From a virus (taxonomy: Duplodnaviria > Caudoviricetes): 27,425 nt of DNA. Under the pieces are notes generated by a model. It made no database searches and had not been told where the DNA came from. It saw only the letters and a list, made by a program, of their open reading frames with translations. The stretch lies in the IMG/VR virus record IMGVR_UViG_3300010219_000073, positions 1 to 27,425 of that record; one strand, given 5' to 3'. Every line of letters begins with the position of its first letter. Position 1 is the stretch's first letter. The translations under genes and the position numbers were made by a program. This document shows, piece by piece, positions 26,065 through 27,425 of the stretch.

Positions 26065-26285
26065 ATTGTATGATGTGTAAAGATGTTAACAAATATGAAT
26101 CTCAATAAAAGAAGTCTTGGCGAGGAAAGACTGCGTCTATTAAAACTCTCAAAAAAGAAGCTAAAAAGAGCTAAACCATACTATGTGACGATAAAAAGGA
26201 CACAAATGAAAACAAGCAGGGTTCGAGGTACAAGTGCAAGAACCTCACATCTAGGGAAACGTTACATCCTGATTCGACAAATATA

Positions 26286-26392
26286 GGGCTAATATTAGTC
26301 CCTTGACTTGGATGAACCAAAGACACCACGAAAATAAAAAATTCTTTGATGCGACAGCGATTTTCAACTAATTAGATGCAATCGCATGTCGC
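26286..26392. promoter_or_regulatory. Candidate operator palindromes in the divergent control region
   Basis: gggctaatattagtccc (26286-26302); gcgacagcgatt...ctaattag...aatcgcatgtcgc (26351-26392). Confidence 0.5.
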
Positions 26393-26425
26393 TTTACATC
26401 CGCCCTTTTCGTTATTTCGTTCCCG

Positions 26426-26731
26426 ATGAAAAAAACGGGACCAGGAAGACCACGAAAGAAAGCACCACCAAAACGTAAATCCATTGCTATTAAAGTTGTT
26501 GCAGATAATATTAAGGGCTATAGGGCGCAGTTAGGTATTTCTCAAATGAACCTGGCAAAGGTCGCTAACGTCCAACCTACGTATGTAGGTAATATTGAAC
26601 GTGAAGAAAAGACGATGCGTATCGATATTCTGTGGAAGCTGGGTGAAGCGTTAGGAATCGAACCTCATTTGCTGTTACTCAAGGATTCCTACAAGACCTA
26701 CAATGCAAAACTAAAGAGATCTGATTATTGA
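26426..26731 (+). CDS. XRE-family HTH regulator (controller-protein-like) with basic N-terminal arm
   Basis: NIKGYRAQLGISQMNLAKVANVQPTYVGNIER...LGEALGI. Confidence 0.9.
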   Translation: MKKTGPGRPRKKAPPKRKSIAIKVVADNIKGYRAQLGISQMNLAKVANVQPTYVGNIEREEKTMRIDILWKLGEALGIEPHLLLLKDSYKTYNAKLKRSDY

Positions 26732-26790
26732 AAGATTTAGCGAGGAGTATGTATTCCTTTCTCTATCCCATTTAAGCAAGCGTTAGCAAA

Positions 26791-27054
26791 GTGAGTTTGA
26801 AACTTAAAAAGATCGCCGGTCAAAACCTTCGTGGCTACCGGAAATTAAAAGAACTTACTCAGGAAGAGATCGCAGCACTTTCGCATGTACCAATGAACAC
26901 TATTGCTCGTCTTGAACGTGCGGATAAGCAGATTGGCTTTTCGTTAACCACGTTGGGAAAGATTAGCAAGGCTCTTGAAATTGATCCTTACTTATTACTC
27001 ATCCCCCATTCCTATAAAAGACACTTCCGAATAGTTGAACGTGCAAAGAGTTGA
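26791..27054 (+). CDS. XRE-family HTH regulator, paralogue of the upstream gene
   Basis: GQNLRGYRKLKELTQEEIAALSHVPMNTIARLER...ISKALEIDPYLLL; GTG start. Confidence 0.9.
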   Translation: MSLKLKKIAGQNLRGYRKLKELTQEEIAALSHVPMNTIARLERADKQIGFSLTTLGKISKALEIDPYLLLIPHSYKRHFRIVERAKS

Positions 27055-27083
27055 GATTAGGGAATTATCTCTTGCTTGATATC

Positions 27084-27425
27084 TTACCTCGCCTCATCCT
27101 CAGCATCCTCATCAATGTTGCCTAGAATGATACGTAGTGCTCGATGCCATTCCGGCAGCGAAGAATCTCGCCAGAACTCTACTGGGTTCGAATACAGTCT
27201 TAGTGAAGGTTCAAGTACAATGGATGCGTATTTAGCCGCTTCCTGTTCATACTCTATCCTAATCTTTTCCGGTATGGAATAACTGAGGTCACGGGGATGG
27301 AATAAGTAATGGCAGTCCTGTTCTGCAACGACAATCAACCGATCAACTGGAGTAATACCGCTACGAACAAAGATGCGAGACCCGAACAATACGGCATTAG
27401 CCTTTTTGTTCTGGAACACATCCAT
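27084..27425 (-). CDS. ImmA/IrrE-like metallopeptidase-fold protein with degenerate active site; probably 5'-truncated by the window
   Basis: RLIVVAEQDCHYLFH...EQEAAKYASIVL mirrors the family pattern RFTLAHELGHxxLH...ExEAxxFAxxLL; next to XRE genes. Confidence 0.5.
   Translation of the reverse strand: MDVFQNKKANAVLFGSRIFVRSGITPVDRLIVVAEQDCHYLFHPRDLSYSIPEKIRIEYEQEAAKYASIVLEPSLRLYSNPVEFWRDSSLPEWHRALRIILGNIDEDAEDEAR

Noticed and set aside
26083-26286. 67-aa Lys/Arg-rich ORF
   Set aside because: A-rich divergent promoter region with low-complexity translation; probably not coding

Overview
Bases 1 to ~19.8 kb are an apparently intact, minus-strand, siphovirus-like morphogenesis operon. In transcription order it has a possible spanin-like membrane protein, ParB-like protein, C5 DNA methyltransferase, TerS, TerL, portal, scaffold, P22-like major capsid, adaptor, a fibre/decoration module, neck and terminator proteins, an embedded CHAP-holin lysis cassette, an internally duplicated tail tube, a tail chaperone with a -1 frameshift, the tape measure and a truncated tail-tip gene. 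Bases ~20.0-20.55 kb are hairpin-rich and non-coding, and include a promoter-to-terminator small RNA candidate. Bases 20.6-26.1 kb encode two T9SS-secreted proteins, the smaller being a stand-alone copy of the C-terminal 272 aa of the larger, which points to an FCB-group host. The right end has two XRE regulators and a degenerate ImmA/IrrE-like gene. No integrase or replication genes are visible. The most unusual signals are intergenic: gene ends and starts echoed by 13-20 bp tandem copies whose differences are almost all synonymous, a (Y)UAAUC(C) motif amplified before most late genes, and 5x14-bp arrays upstream of the capsid and tail-tube genes. All calls were made by eye from motifs and gene order; no searches or folding programs were run.
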